A stretch of 63,959 bases of DNA, counting the filler, from a bacterium (GTDB lineage Bacteria > JALSQH01), in NCBI GenBank assembly GCA_027004335.1. It is 11 parts of 11 records of this genome, joined end to end, with 100 filler letters (N's around TTAATTAATTAA, not from the genome) between each part and the next. Parts side by side here need not be neighbours in the genome. Positions count along the whole stretch, not along the records: positions 10,341 to 13,791 come from JALTID010000122.1; positions 13,892 to 24,117 come from JALTID010000123.1; 9 more parts are not named here. One strand, 5' to 3'. The notes under the pieces were generated by a model. That model saw nothing but the letters and a program-made list of their open reading frames with translations, was not told the origin of the DNA and did no database searches. Made by a program: the position numbers and the translations under genes. Shown here piece after piece: positions 10,341 through 20,418 of the stretch (its first letter is position 1; each line of letters opens with the position of its first letter).

Positions 10341-10602
10341 ATGATAGCGAAAATGACTATAACCTGAAATATAGCGGACCAGTTAACCTTTCATTTGATC
10401 ATCATGATATTAGGATTTATATTGATAATCTGTTCGTCGAAGGTAAACTAACCCCGATAGCTAATGATAAGCTCAGGTTTAATATATTTTCTCTTTCTGG
10501 ACTTACTTACTTTTTTTTTTTTTTTTTTCTTTTTCATTATTTAATTTTTTCTTCTTTATCTTAAAAATTCAAGCCTTTCACAAGCTACTAAAGGAAAAGA
10601 AA

Positions 10603-11424
10603 TTATTTCCCATTAATTTCAATAAAAATATCCCGGTTTTTCCCCCATGTTCCTCTGGACATTTCTCTTTCAAGCAATTTTACTCCCCTAAAATACTTCT
10701 TGTAAAGATACAACTCCATCCAGGTAACCGGCTTTATCTTCTCAGCCCTTTTTAAAACAGAAATGGCTTCCTTTCTTTTCCCCTCAGCATAAAGGGTATC
10801 TGCAAGATAGAGATATGACAGAATCATTGAAGGATTATATTTGATACCCATTTTCAAATAATACTCACTTTTCTCCAAACTACCATAGGAAACAGGAAAT
10901 GGTGGAAGCTTAAAATAGTACCTCCCAAGTATAAAAAGCGGGGCAGAAAGACAACAACGAGGATTTTTTTTAACAATTTTTCTTAATGATCTAAGAAGAG
11001 GTGGTACCTTGGGAAGCATTTGAACACCAAGATAGAGATATTTTTCACCTACAAAACATGAATACCAGAATGTTAGAGGGAGATTATCAGGAAAAAATTT
11101 CAACCCTTCCGCTGCATATCTTATGCCCAAATCGGCAGATTTAATTTTCTGCACCGGCGTAGGCAATCCGTTATACAATAGCTGAATTAAATACTCCCTC
11201 GCAACAAAAGCTTCATGATTAAAATGATCATTATTAATTACCCTGTTCAAATATCCAATTTTTTCAAGTAACCAGTCAGGACTAGTCATATTTTTATAGG
11301 ATAGAAGCGAGTTCTTATCATTAATTCTACCCTCTGGGGAAAGAGAACGAACATTAATACTGTCTGAAAATAATAAGAAAGGAAATATAATAAATGAAAT
11401 TAGAAAAAAAAATACCAATCTCAT
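10603..11424 (-). CDS. Secreted TPR protein, TatT-like
   Basis: Signal peptide; LGRYYFKLP.FP.S.G.LEKS..YL; YLYLADTL...GK..EA. Confidence 0.6.
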   Translation of the reverse strand: MRLVFFFLISFIIFPFLLFSDSINVRSLSPEGRINDKNSLLSYKNMTSPDWLLEKIGYLNRVINNDHFNHEAFVAREYLIQLLYNGLPTPVQKIKSADLGIRYAAEGLKFFPDNLPLTFWYSCFVGEKYLYLGVQMLPKVPPLLRSLRKIVKKNPRCCLSAPLFILGRYYFKLPPFPVSYGSLEKSEYYLKMGIKYNPSMILSYLYLADTLYAEGKRKEAISVLKRAEKIKPVTWMELYLYKKYFRGVKLLEREMSRGTWGKNRDIFIEINGK

Positions 11425-11544
11425 ACCCCCTCCTATGAATGTTTGCTAAATTATAGCAAGTTGTCAAAATTTTTCAAATAAAGTGAAAGAATATTGACAA
11501 TTCACCCATGTATGCTAATCTTTTAATAGCAGGAGAGAGTAAAA

Positions 11545-12549
11545 ATGATTACTCTTGAATTTCTTGAGAGAGTTAAACTGAGCTCAACACCCAAGGGGCA
11601 GATCTTCGTAGGTTATGTTTTTCTCAGGCCTATCTATATTGCACAAAAAGTAGAAATTATATTTGAAGGAAAAGAGAATCTACTTGACCAGCCTGTGATC
11701 TTCATCATGAATCATACCGATAGATTCAATTACTGGCCACTCCAGTACAGGCTCTATTTCGGGAAACCGAGACATTCCTATCCATTCATAACCACCTGGG
11801 TAAAAGGGAAATATTACGAAAATCCCATAATGGCCTATTTTATGAATATGACCAACAATATTCCCGTCCCTTCCAGGGGATACCTTTTAGCTAAAGATTT
11901 TCAATATATGTTTGGCAAAAAAACAAAAATGACAGAGAGGGAGTACAGGCTTTTAAGAGATTATGTTGATGGCAAAATTGAAAAAGAAATTTTCAACGAA
12001 AAAAAGATGGATAGACTGATAAAACTTATCACCACTCCACATGGGGATTACGATCCAGCAAAATGGGATTACAGGTCATTTATCAATGACACTTTCTACA
12101 AGATGATGGAAAAAGTCAGGGAACTTAATAAAGAGGCACTTTTTGAAAAGAAGCTGAACCTGTTAGTTTTTCCTGAAGGCACAAGATCAAAAAGATTGAA
12201 AGAGGGTCACATTGGTGTAGCAGAGGTGGCACTGAGCACAAAAATTCCTGTAATTCCTGTAGGTTGTAATGGTAGTGATAAATGCTATCCAGGTGATTCA
12301 CCCATTATCAAGAAAAATTGCAGGGTTGTTTACAGAATTGGCAAGCCTCTTACTGTTGATGGTGAACTGAAAGAATACAAGATTGCTAAAGATTTTGTTC
12401 CCTTTACCCCTGAGGTAGAAAAAAAATACAGGAAGAAATTTGAAGGTGCAATCAACCTTATGATGAGAAAAATAAATGAACTTCTTGACCCTGAGTATCA
12501 GATGGACAAAAATACCAGGATCAAAACCGGGATGGACACCTTTGTATGA
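11545..12549 (+). CDS. PlsC-like lysophospholipid acyltransferase
   Basis: NHTDRFN (H-x motif), VFPEGTRS, IPVIPVG. Confidence 0.8.
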   Translation: MITLEFLERVKLSSTPKGQIFVGYVFLRPIYIAQKVEIIFEGKENLLDQPVIFIMNHTDRFNYWPLQYRLYFGKPRHSYPFITTWVKGKYYENPIMAYFMNMTNNIPVPSRGYLLAKDFQYMFGKKTKMTEREYRLLRDYVDGKIEKEIFNEKKMDRLIKLITTPHGDYDPAKWDYRSFINDTFYKMMEKVRELNKEALFEKKLNLLVFPEGTRSKRLKEGHIGVAEVALSTKIPVIPVGCNGSDKCYPGDSPIIKKNCRVVYRIGKPLTVDGELKEYKIAKDFVPFTPEVEKKYRKKFEGAINLMMRKINELLDPEYQMDKNTRIKTGMDTFV

Positions 12550-13559
12550 AATTCAATATCCTTATTGAACCTGTAAAATTTGATGGAGAGACAATTGTAA
12601 TTCTGGATCAGAGATTACTTCCAGAGGAAGAAAAATATGTGAAGATCAAAAGGTTCTCTGAAGTTCTTGGAGCAATAAAAACAATGATGGTAAGAGGTGC
12701 TCCTGCTATAGGGGTAACTGCTGCATTTGGTTATGTGTTAGGTATAAAAGAAGGTTTACCGGAGAAAAGGGTTTTTGAAGAACTTCTAAGTACAAGACCA
12801 ACCGCTGTAAATCTGAAAAATGCTCTTATTGAAATAAGAAATATATGGAAATCTGAGAGAGAAAATGCTAAAAACTCTATTACTCTTCTTACTGAAAAAG
12901 CAGAGGAAATTTTTAAAGCTGAAAGAGAAAGAGAATTTAAGATGGCAGAAGCAGGCAGTAGCTTAATTCCAGTGGAAGCAAGTATTTTGACTCATTGCAA
13001 TACTGGAGCACTTGCAACTACTGGATGGGGGACAGCGTTAGGGGTAATCAGGGCCTCATTTTACTCAGGGAAAAACATCTTCGTATGGGTTGATGAGACA
13101 AGACCCAGACTTCAGGGAGCAAGATTAACCTCGTGGGAGCTTTTAAAAGAGGGCATTCCTCACAAACTGATCTCTGATACTGCGTCATCTTTTATAATAA
13201 AAAATTTTAATGTTAACTCAGTTCTGGTTGGAGCAGACAGAATAGCTCTGAATGGTGATACTGCCAATAAAATCGGCACATATCAATTAGCAATATCTGC
13301 AAAATATCACAATATACCCTTTTATGTGATCGCTCCTACATCAACAATAGATCCTGAGAGTGTAAAAGGCGAAGAAATCCCCATAGAAATGAGATCAGAA
13401 GATGAAATAAAAAAAATAGATGACCACCAAATAGCCCCCAATGACACTCATGCATATAATCCAGCTTTTGATATTACTCCAGCAGAACTAATAACAGCTA
13501 TTGTCACGGAAAAAGGAATAAGCTATTATCCATTCAGGGAATTAAAGGAGTGGATATAA
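12546..13559 (+). CDS. mtnA: Methylthioribose-1-phosphate isomerase
   Basis: LDQR.LP, VRGAPAIG, RPTAVNL, THCNTGALAT, DETRP, ANKIGTY. Confidence 0.95.
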   Translation: MKFNILIEPVKFDGETIVILDQRLLPEEEKYVKIKRFSEVLGAIKTMMVRGAPAIGVTAAFGYVLGIKEGLPEKRVFEELLSTRPTAVNLKNALIEIRNIWKSERENAKNSITLLTEKAEEIFKAEREREFKMAEAGSSLIPVEASILTHCNTGALATTGWGTALGVIRASFYSGKNIFVWVDETRPRLQGARLTSWELLKEGIPHKLISDTASSFIIKNFNVNSVLVGADRIALNGDTANKIGTYQLAISAKYHNIPFYVIAPTSTIDPESVKGEEIPIEMRSEDEIKKIDDHQIAPNDTHAYNPAFDITPAELITAIVTEKGISYYPFRELKEWI

Positions 13560-13791
13560 AAAAACTTTTCCAGCTTACTGCTCATCCAGAACAAGCAGAA
13601 GAACTTTATACTTTAATAAAAAAGAAAAAAATCAAATATTCTCTTCCAGAAAGCTCTCTCATTAAACTTCTTGGTAGCAGTTTTTTTGCTTACAGAGAAA
13701 TAAAAAAATCACCAGAAATTCTCAGGGATATTTCCCTTATATTTAATCCCAGCCACTGGTTGAATCTAAAGAAAATTCACAGGAATATAAT
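13550..13791 (+). CDS. N-terminal fragment, possibly GlnE adenylyltransferase
   Basis: LIKLLGSSFFAY..I...PEIL resembles GlnE N-region; cut by contig end. Confidence 0.35.
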
Positions 13792-13891
13792 NNNNNNNNN
13801 NNNNNNNNNNNNNNNNNNNNNNNNNNNNNNNNNNNTTAATTAATTAANNNNNNNNNNNNNNNNNNNNNNNNNNNNNNNNNNNNNNNNNNNN
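13792..13891. other. Artificial contig linker
   Basis: N44-TTAATTAATTAA-N44. Confidence 0.99.
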
Positions 13892-14229
13892 CAACTATAC
13901 CTCAGAAACAGCTTCCTGATGCACCTCCACCAGATATGCTGCTACTCATGGAAGCTAGAAATTGCCTTGATGCAGGTGAACTTGCTACAGCAGAAGACTA
14001 CATCAAAAAGTTTATAGCACTCTATCCATCTCATGCAAATTATCCCTATGTACTTTATCTAAGAGCCGATATATCCTTTAAAAGGGGGAATTATCTGACG
14101 GCTTATCAGTTATACAAAATGGCAAGAAAACTGGTAAGAGACCCGCAACTGATTAAAAAGATTGAAAAAAGAATGAAGACCATAGAAATCATTCTCAAAT
14201 TAAAATTCTATGCCTTTTCAATTCCTTGA
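13892..14229 (+). CDS. TPR protein, probably 5' truncated
   Basis: A...KKFI.LYP.H...PY.LY..A TPR pattern. Confidence 0.6.
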
Positions 14230-14277
14230 AAATTCTCCGCAACCTTTTAAAATAAAGAAAGTCAAAGGAGGAAAAAA

Positions 14278-14769
14278 ATGAAGTTTAAAATTGAACACAT
14301 TATTAACGGAACGCAGGAAAAAGTATGGGAATTACTCTGGGATGATGAATTCAGCAAAGTTCTTAAAAAAGCTCTTAATCTTGAGGAACTTGAGACTGTG
14401 GATAAAAAAGAAGAGGGGGACAGGATCGTAATAAAGAAAAAAGTTACCCCAAGGATCACTCTTCCCTCCACCGTAAAAAAACTTGTTGGGGATAGGATCT
14501 CATATCTGGAAATAGATAAGTTGAAAAAAGATGAATATTTTTTCGATTGGGAAATAAAGCCATATGTATTGCAGGGTAAGGTTAAATCTTCAGGAATTTT
14601 CTACCTCGAGCCTGTCGGAGAAAATAAAACCAGAAGAATCATAGAGGGAGAAATAAATATTAAGCTATTTGGAGTAGGGAAATCCTTTGAAAAACTGACA
14701 GTGAAAAATCTTCAGGAAAATTATAGTAAAGCCACGCAGGTAATGAATGAAGCTCTGGAGGGAAAATAA
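14278..14769 (+). CDS. DUF2505-like SRPBCC fold protein
   Basis: MKF.IEH, G..TRR.IEGEI.IK.FGVG...EK pattern. Confidence 0.7.
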   Translation: MKFKIEHIINGTQEKVWELLWDDEFSKVLKKALNLEELETVDKKEEGDRIVIKKKVTPRITLPSTVKKLVGDRISYLEIDKLKKDEYFFDWEIKPYVLQGKVKSSGIFYLEPVGENKTRRIIEGEINIKLFGVGKSFEKLTVKNLQENYSKATQVMNEALEGK

Positions 14770-15906
14770 TGGCATGGGAATTACAATCAAGAGTTAATGC
14801 GATCATAGAAGAGATCTCTATGATAAGGAGGCATCTTTGATCCAGATTCATTGCAAAAGGAATTAGCTGATCTCAAGAAAAAAACAGAATCTCCTGATCT
14901 CTGGAAAAATCCTCAGGAAGCCCAGCAGCTTCTCAGGGAAGAGAAAAAAATAACAACTCTATTAGAAGAATTTTTAAAAATGGAAGCACAGTTGAATACC
15001 ATAGAAGATTTCTTTGAACTATTTGATGAAAGTGGCGATGAAGAAATTGAAAAAGAACTCATTGAGATGATAAGCGATGCAGAAAAATCTGTCGAAGCAA
15101 TGAAGATCAAACTCATACTTAATGACCGAATGGATCCCAAAAACGCAATTCTTACTATTTCTCCTGGTGCAGGAGGAACAGAGGCTCAGGACTGGGCACA
15201 GATGCTAATGAGGATGTATATAAGATGGGCGGAAAAACATGGATACAATACGAAAATCCTTGATCTTCAGTTAGGAGAAGAAGCCGGGATCAAAAATGTT
15301 ACCCTCCTTATTTCAGGTGAATATGCTTATGGCTACTTAAAAGGTGAGTCTGGAGTCCACAGACTGGTCAGAATCTCACCCTTTGATGCAAATAAAAGAC
15401 GCCACACCTCATTTGCAGCAGTTTCTGTAACTCCTGAAATTGAAGATGACATAGAAATTGATGTAAAAGAAACAGACCTGAGAATTGATACATTCAGGGC
15501 AAGTGGAGCAGGTGGTCAGCATGTCAACAGAACTGACTCAGCGGTGAGGATTGTCCATATTCCCACTGGAATAGTAGTTCAGTGCCAGAATGAACGCTCA
15601 CAGCATCAAAACAAAGCTATTGCGTTGAAAATTCTTAAGTCAAAACTATATCAACTTGAGATGAAAAAGAGAGAGGAAAAACTTCAGGAAATCCGGGGGG
15701 AGAAAAAGGAAATAGCATGGGGAAGTCAGATCAGATCATATATTCTTCAGCCGTACCAGATGGTAAAAGATCACAGAACAGGTGTTGAAATTGGAAATGT
15801 TAATACAGTACTTGACGGAGAGATTGATAAATTTATTAAAGCTTATTTAACCTCCCATAATCAGAAAGGGAAAGGTGAAAAAAATGGGAAAAACTACTCC
15901 TTTTAA
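14769..15906 (+). CDS. prfB: Peptide chain release factor 2 with +1 programmed frameshift
   Basis: ATG 14769, 23 codons to CTT TGA (14835-14840), continues in +1 frame; SPF and GGQ motifs. Confidence 0.97.
14826..14841 (+). promoter_or_regulatory. prfB +1 frameshift signal
   Basis: AGGAGG-cat-CTT TGA T. Confidence 0.95.
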
Positions 15907-17392
15907 AGAGCAGATCCTCCAGAGAAAAAAGAAATTAGAAGCCCTTGTAGAAAAGTATGGTTACCCATATCCCAATGATTTTAAACCTGAAGTTGCTCTC
16001 AAGTCAATTAGAGATAAGTTTGAGGCCTTAAGCGGCAAAGAGATAGAAAAGAAAAAAGTTAAATTCAGAGTAGCAGGCAGAGTTATGGCAATAAGACTTT
16101 TTGGCAAAGCAGCTTTCGCAGTGATAAAAGACTCAACTTCCACGATTCAGCTCTTCTTTCAAAAAAATGAGCTGGGAGATAAATACAGTGAATTTAAAAA
16201 GCTCATTGATATCGGGGACATCATCGGGGCAGAGGGAATACTTTTCAAAACGAAGACAGGGGAATTAACAGTAAATGTTGAAGATTTTAGAATCCTCGTA
16301 AAATCACTGAGGCCTCTACCTGAAAAATGGCATGGGCTATCAGATGTGGAGGTAAGATACCGCCAGAGATATGTAGATTTAATAGTTAATGACAGTGTAA
16401 GAGAAATTTTTAAGACCAGAGCGAAAATAATAAAACTGATAAGAGGTTTTCTTGATGACAGAGGTTTTATGGAAGTTGAAACTCCGATGATGCATTCCAT
16501 TCCTGGTGGAGCAAAGGCAAGACCTTTTACCACCCACCACAATGCCCTTGATATGGATCTCTACCTCAGAATAGCACCAGAACTCTATCTTAAAAGATTA
16601 GTTGTTGGTGGATTTGAGAGAGTTTATGAGCTAAATAGAAATTTCAGAAACGAGGGAATATCCACTCAACATAACCCTGAATTCACCATGATAGAATTTT
16701 ACCAGACATACGCAACTTTTGAGAACTTAATGGACCTAACAGAGGAACTTATCACATATCTTTTAAAAGAAATTAAAGGTGATCTAAAAATTACCTATCT
16801 GGATAAAGAACTTGATTTTACCCCTCCATGGGAGAGAATGACATTGCGTGATGCCATAGTAAAATATGCGGGCGTACCAGAGAATAAACTTTTTGATGAA
16901 GACTTCCTGAGAAACAAATTAAGACAGTATGAAATTGATACGACAATGCTTACCACAGCAGGAGAACTTCAAACAACAATTTTTGAAGAATTTGTTGAAG
17001 AGCAGTTGATTAATCCAACCTTTGTTACGCACTTTCCAGTTGAAGTTTCACCATTGGCAAGAAGGAACCTGAAAGATCCATCTGTAACTGATAGATTTGA
17101 GCTTTACATTTATGGAAGAGAAATTGCTAATGCTTTCTCTGAGCTAAATGATCCCCATGATCAGTTAGAACGATTTAAGATGCAATTAGAAGATAGAGAA
17201 AGAGGGGATGAAGAAGTTCCTCCCGAGATAGATTATGACTATGTAAGGGCACTTGAGTATGGGCTTCCCCCCACAGCAGGGGAGGGAATTGGTATTGATA
17301 GACTTGTTATGCTCCTTACTAATCAGTCATCCATCAGGGAAGTTATTCTCTTTCCCCTTCTCAGAAGGAAAAAGGAAGAAGAATGGGGTTGA
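15875..17392 (+). CDS. lysS: Lysine--tRNA ligase, class II (start 15875 or 15884)
   Basis: PLPEKWHGL, YLRIAPELYLKRL, FRNEG, GIGIDRL. Confidence 0.97.
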   Translation: MKKMGKTTPFKEQILQRKKKLEALVEKYGYPYPNDFKPEVALKSIRDKFEALSGKEIEKKKVKFRVAGRVMAIRLFGKAAFAVIKDSTSTIQLFFQKNELGDKYSEFKKLIDIGDIIGAEGILFKTKTGELTVNVEDFRILVKSLRPLPEKWHGLSDVEVRYRQRYVDLIVNDSVREIFKTRAKIIKLIRGFLDDRGFMEVETPMMHSIPGGAKARPFTTHHNALDMDLYLRIAPELYLKRLVVGGFERVYELNRNFRNEGISTQHNPEFTMIEFYQTYATFENLMDLTEELITYLLKEIKGDLKITYLDKELDFTPPWERMTLRDAIVKYAGVPENKLFDEDFLRNKLRQYEIDTTMLTTAGELQTTIFEEFVEEQLINPTFVTHFPVEVSPLARRNLKDPSVTDRFELYIYGREIANAFSELNDPHDQLERFKMQLEDRERGDEEVPPEIDYDYVRALEYGLPPTAGEGIGIDRLVMLLTNQSSIREVILFPLLRRKKEEEWG

Positions 17393-18636
17393 TCTGGCAG
17401 TTAGCAGTAAGGTATTTGAGATCCAAAAGTAAGGAGGGGTTCCTCTCATTTATAACAGTAGCGTCTATTTTAGGTGTTACAATTGGTGTGATGGCCCTTA
17501 TTATTGTACTGGCTGTGATGGGTGGATTTCAGCATGAGATAAAGGAAAAAGTACTTGGTATAAATGCCCATGCGGTGATCCTTAAATTTGGAGGAGGAAT
17601 ATCAGATTATTCATCACTCTTAACAAAAGTAACATCTGATCCAGAAGTAACAGGAGCTTCACCATTCATTTTAAACCAGGCTCTTCTCTCTTCAGCTACA
17701 GGTGTTATTGGGGCAGTAGTTAGAGGAATTGACCCATCTTCTGCTGGCACTGTAACAAAACTTCCCAAGTACATGATTCAAGGTACTCTTAAAGGACTTG
17801 ATTACCCCAGAGAAGTCTCCATGCAGGAGGGAAATAAGATAAAAGTCACTGGCGCGGTACTGGGTAAGGAATTAGCAATGAACTTGGGGGTAAGTACGGA
17901 GGATCTTATAACCATTATTTCTCCAGCAGGGGCTATTTCGCCTATCGGGGTGATGCCAAAAATGAGGCAGTTTCAGGTTCAGGGGATATTTGCCTCTGGT
18001 ATGTATGATTACGACTCGGGACTGGTGTATATCGGTTTGAAATCAGCTCAAAAATTTTTTGATATGGGAGATGAAGTATCAGGAATTGAAGTATCGGTAA
18101 ATAATGTAGAAAAGGCACCAGAAATTGCAAGGAAACTTGAAAGCAAACTGGGATTCCCCTATTATACCAGAGATTGGGTTGAGATGAATTACAATTTATT
18201 TTCTGCATTGAAACTTGAGAAAACTGTTATGCTTCTCATTCTGCTTTTGATAATCCTTGTTGCTTCATTTAACATTGCATCATCACTTGTTATGCTGGTA
18301 ACTGATAAGAGAAAAGAGATAGCGATCCTGAAAACAATGGGTGCTGAACCTTCAACTATAAGGAAAATTTTTATCCTATCAGGAACTGTCGTAGGGAGTT
18401 TTGGAATAATCCTCGGGGATATTTTAGGATTGGCGGCCTGCTGGCTTCTTTCTAAGTACCATTTTATAAAGCTTCCCAGTGACATTTATTACATTACAAC
18501 AATACCGGTAAGAATCGACATACCAACGATACTTCTTATAAATGTTGCGGCATTTGCAATAGCTCTCGCTGCTGCAATATATCCAGCATCCAGAGCTGCC
18601 AGAATAAAACCAGCAGAAATCCTGCGCTATGAGTAG
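17383..18636 (+). CDS. Lipoprotein-releasing ABC transporter permease LolC/E
   Basis: LIIVLAVMGGF, DW.EMN.NLFSAL.LEK, IAILKTMGA, PAEILRYE. Confidence 0.92.
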   Translation: MGLIWQLAVRYLRSKSKEGFLSFITVASILGVTIGVMALIIVLAVMGGFQHEIKEKVLGINAHAVILKFGGGISDYSSLLTKVTSDPEVTGASPFILNQALLSSATGVIGAVVRGIDPSSAGTVTKLPKYMIQGTLKGLDYPREVSMQEGNKIKVTGAVLGKELAMNLGVSTEDLITIISPAGAISPIGVMPKMRQFQVQGIFASGMYDYDSGLVYIGLKSAQKFFDMGDEVSGIEVSVNNVEKAPEIARKLESKLGFPYYTRDWVEMNYNLFSALKLEKTVMLLILLLIILVASFNIASSLVMLVTDKRKEIAILKTMGAEPSTIRKIFILSGTVVGSFGIILGDILGLAACWLLSKYHFIKLPSDIYYITTIPVRIDIPTILLINVAAFAIALAAAIYPASRAARIKPAEILRYE

Positions 18637-19571
18637 GAAATCTCTCCTATATCGGTACTTCCTGAAAGACGCATTATAAGTCTATCCACCCCGAGAGCTG
18701 CTCCTCCATAATCACCGATTTTATCCATCAGGTCACAGAATTCTCTAAAATTTTCAACAGGCGGAAGACCCTTTTTAATTCTCAGAGAGTTGATAAAATC
18801 AAAGCGTCTTAGGTAATTGTCTTTTCCCCTTAGTTCCTCATAAGCGTTGGCAATTTCCACAGGTGGAATGTAGTATTCAAATCTCCTTACAATTTTAGGG
18901 CAATCTGAGGTGATTCTTGCCAGAGAAGAGATAAAAACTGGATAGTCATGAATAAAAATGGGGGAACTATCTTTAAGGAGTTTTTCTTCCATTGGTAAAT
19001 AGAGAAGAAAGAAAATATCATCTATTTCATAATCAGCTGATCTTCCAGTAATTTTTTCAAATTTCTTTTTTAGCTCAATTTCAGAAATGTTACATAGATC
19101 AATATCATACTTTTCAATAAAAAGCTCTTTTACACTATATCTTCTGAACGGGAAAGGGGAAAAATCTAAATCAATACCACAATCCATGACAATTTCAGAA
19201 AGGTGATAAACAAGGGAGGTCAAATCCTTCTCTAAATCTTTAAGGGTGGCTCTTCTCCTGTACCACTCCAGCATCATAAATTCTTCTCTGTGGGTCTTAT
19301 CCATATTTTCTTTGCGGAAAACATGCCCCAGATAATAAACTTTTTCATAGCTTTCGCGGGCCAGGATTTTTTTTATCTCCACCTCCGGGGATGGATGCAG
19401 ATATTTTTTCTCACATCTGAAAAAACCAATATTCGCCTCAATCCCCGGGAAATCAACTAAGGAGGGAACATCTAACCAGATAAAATCCCTCTCCTGAAAA
19501 AAAGCATGGATCCCGTATAATAATTTGCTTCTACAGATAGCTTTTTTATCCATCCTACTTGGAAAATTCAT
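18627..19571 (-). CDS. epmA: EF-P lysine ligase EpmA (GenX)
   Basis: YLHPSPE..IKKIL, FR.E....H..EF.MLEWY, EIANAYEEL, ALGVDRL; no anticodon domain. Confidence 0.85.
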   Translation of the reverse strand: MNFPSRMDKKAICRSKLLYGIHAFFQERDFIWLDVPSLVDFPGIEANIGFFRCEKKYLHPSPEVEIKKILARESYEKVYYLGHVFRKENMDKTHREEFMMLEWYRRRATLKDLEKDLTSLVYHLSEIVMDCGIDLDFSPFPFRRYSVKELFIEKYDIDLCNISEIELKKKFEKITGRSADYEIDDIFFLLYLPMEEKLLKDSSPIFIHDYPVFISSLARITSDCPKIVRRFEYYIPPVEIANAYEELRGKDNYLRRFDFINSLRIKKGLPPVENFREFCDLMDKIGDYGGAALGVDRLIMRLSGSTDIGEISYS

Positions 19572-19593
19572 AATTTAATATATAATTTTCTAT

Positions 19594-20418
19594 ATGATAA
19601 AACAAGGTGAATTCTTTCTCTGCCAGCCCGATGAGGAAAAATCTTGTGGTGCCTGTTGTGGTCTTTACAATTTTATAGATCATTCAAGGGAATTTATAAC
19701 GAATATTCTAAAAGAGAGAAGAGAAACCCTCCTTAAATGGAAAGGTACTCTGAGTGATTACAGATACTTTATGGAAAAAAAAGAAAAACCATATCTCCTC
19801 TTTCCAACAACTTACACCTGCCCTTTTCTAACTTTTTTAAATGAAGAAAACACAAAAATAGGATGTGTTTTGCATCCTCTATACTCCGGCCAAGATAGAA
19901 GAGATGTAGCTTATTACGGAAGCAAAATTTGCAGTGAGCATAGATGCGTAAGTTATCTTTACTACTCCGAGGTAGAGTGGAAAGCGGTAGTAAAATTTAC
20001 CCATGACTGGTACCTCTATGGGATGGTTCTCCATGATATAGATTTTGTAAAATCCTTTTTTCGTCTTATAGAGGAAAAAATATCAAGAAAAATTACCTCC
20101 CATGATCTTGAACTGCTAAAAGTCAGAGAAGCTTTTGAAGAATACTTCAGTTTAAAAGAAAAATGGCCATTTAAAATTAAGGGGGGAAAAGTACTTGACA
20201 AGTATGAATCCCATGAGAATGAATACAGGATAAGGCGATTAAACACATGGGGAATTGTTGATGAAAAAAGCCACTACTATAAGATATTTCGTTCCTTAGA
20301 AAGTGAATTCAGTTCAAGTGAACAGTTAGAAAACGCAATAAAAATTTTTGACAAACTGATAAATAAAATTAGAATAGCAATTGAAAGCAGTGTTGGGGAA
20401 AAGGTAGGAATTCTATGA
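19594..20418 (+). CDS. Cys-rich hypothetical protein, putative Zn/Fe-S binding
   Basis: CQPD..KSCGACCGLYN, CPFL, GCVLHP, C..H.C. Confidence 0.65.
   Translation: MIKQGEFFLCQPDEEKSCGACCGLYNFIDHSREFITNILKERRETLLKWKGTLSDYRYFMEKKEKPYLLFPTTYTCPFLTFLNEENTKIGCVLHPLYSGQDRRDVAYYGSKICSEHRCVSYLYYSEVEWKAVVKFTHDWYLYGMVLHDIDFVKSFFRLIEEKISRKITSHDLELLKVREAFEEYFSLKEKWPFKIKGGKVLDKYESHENEYRIRRLNTWGIVDEKSHYYKIFRSLESEFSSSEQLENAIKIFDKLINKIRIAIESSVGEKVGIL

Noticed and set aside
10341-10600. ORF fragment running into a long poly-T tract
   Set aside because: Low-complexity contig start, probably low-quality or chimeric; no recognisable product.
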